64,000 bases of DNA from Perna viridis (taxonomy: Eukaryota). The stretch is taken from NCBI GenBank assembly GCA_037379345.1, contig CM074514.1, positions 6,510,001-6,574,000 of the forward strand, in the 5' to 3' direction. A model generated the notes under the pieces. It saw only the letters and a list, made by a program, of their open reading frames with translations, was not told where the DNA came from and did not search any database. Numbering within the stretch: the stretch's first letter is position 1; each line of letters opens with the position of its first letter. Position numbers and translations under genes: made by a program. Below are positions 63,952-64,000 of the stretch, piece by piece.

Positions 63952-64000
63952 GAAAACTCCTTGATATTCCATGTTGTCAGTTCTCCTGTTCATGGAACTC
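63952..64000 (+). CDS. FRAS1: FRAS1 exon w38, runs off the window
   Basis: gttgtag|; ENSLIFHVVSSPVHGT..; phase 0. Confidence 0.88.

Larger units (their letters stand above)
14160..64000 (+). other. FRAS1: FRAS1-like gene span (partial; 38 exons, about 6.0 kb CDS traced, both ends missing)
   Basis: VWC x6, then furin-like x8, then CSPG repeats is the FRAS1 architecture. Translation matches recalled human FRAS1, e.g. GLRVQEGVRKTITEFDLKAVDQDT vs GMRVQEGMRKTITEFELKAVDADT. All introns GT-AG with compatible phases. Confidence 0.95.

Noticed and set aside
1-64000. Autonomous transposon ORFs, U12 introns, nested gene
   Set aside because: I recognised no transposase/RT ORF, no GTATCC/ATATCC donor at any junction, and no coherent minus-strand exon set by eye. 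A small nested gene cannot be fully excluded.

Overview
AT-rich eukaryotic genomic DNA, most likely a bivalve mollusc (the interspersed repeats look Mytilus-like; this is recognition, not a search result). The window lies inside one large + strand gene, an orthologue of the basement-membrane protein FRAS1. I traced 38 consecutive GT-AG exons from 14160 to the window end. All junction phases match and they splice into about 2,000 uninterrupted codons: 6 VWC domains (the first lacks its start), 8 furin-like Cys repeats, then a run of CSPG/NG2 repeats. The 5' exons were not found (upstream of the window, or a tiny exon missed in 1-14159), and the 3' part lies beyond the window. The introns hold Helentron/HINE-like elements, MITEs, Crypton-like hairpin elements, a 172-bp palindrome and about a dozen unrelated minisatellites. 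The most unusual feature is that three exons have had their 3' end plus 5' splice site copied in tandem into the following intron, apparently at three ages. (1) A near-perfect 32 x 76-bp array carries 32 intact donors. (2) A 12 x ~68-bp array has lost the GT in 10 of 11 intronic copies, and its fixed differences from the exon are all synonymous. (3) A single decayed copy has GT changed to AT.
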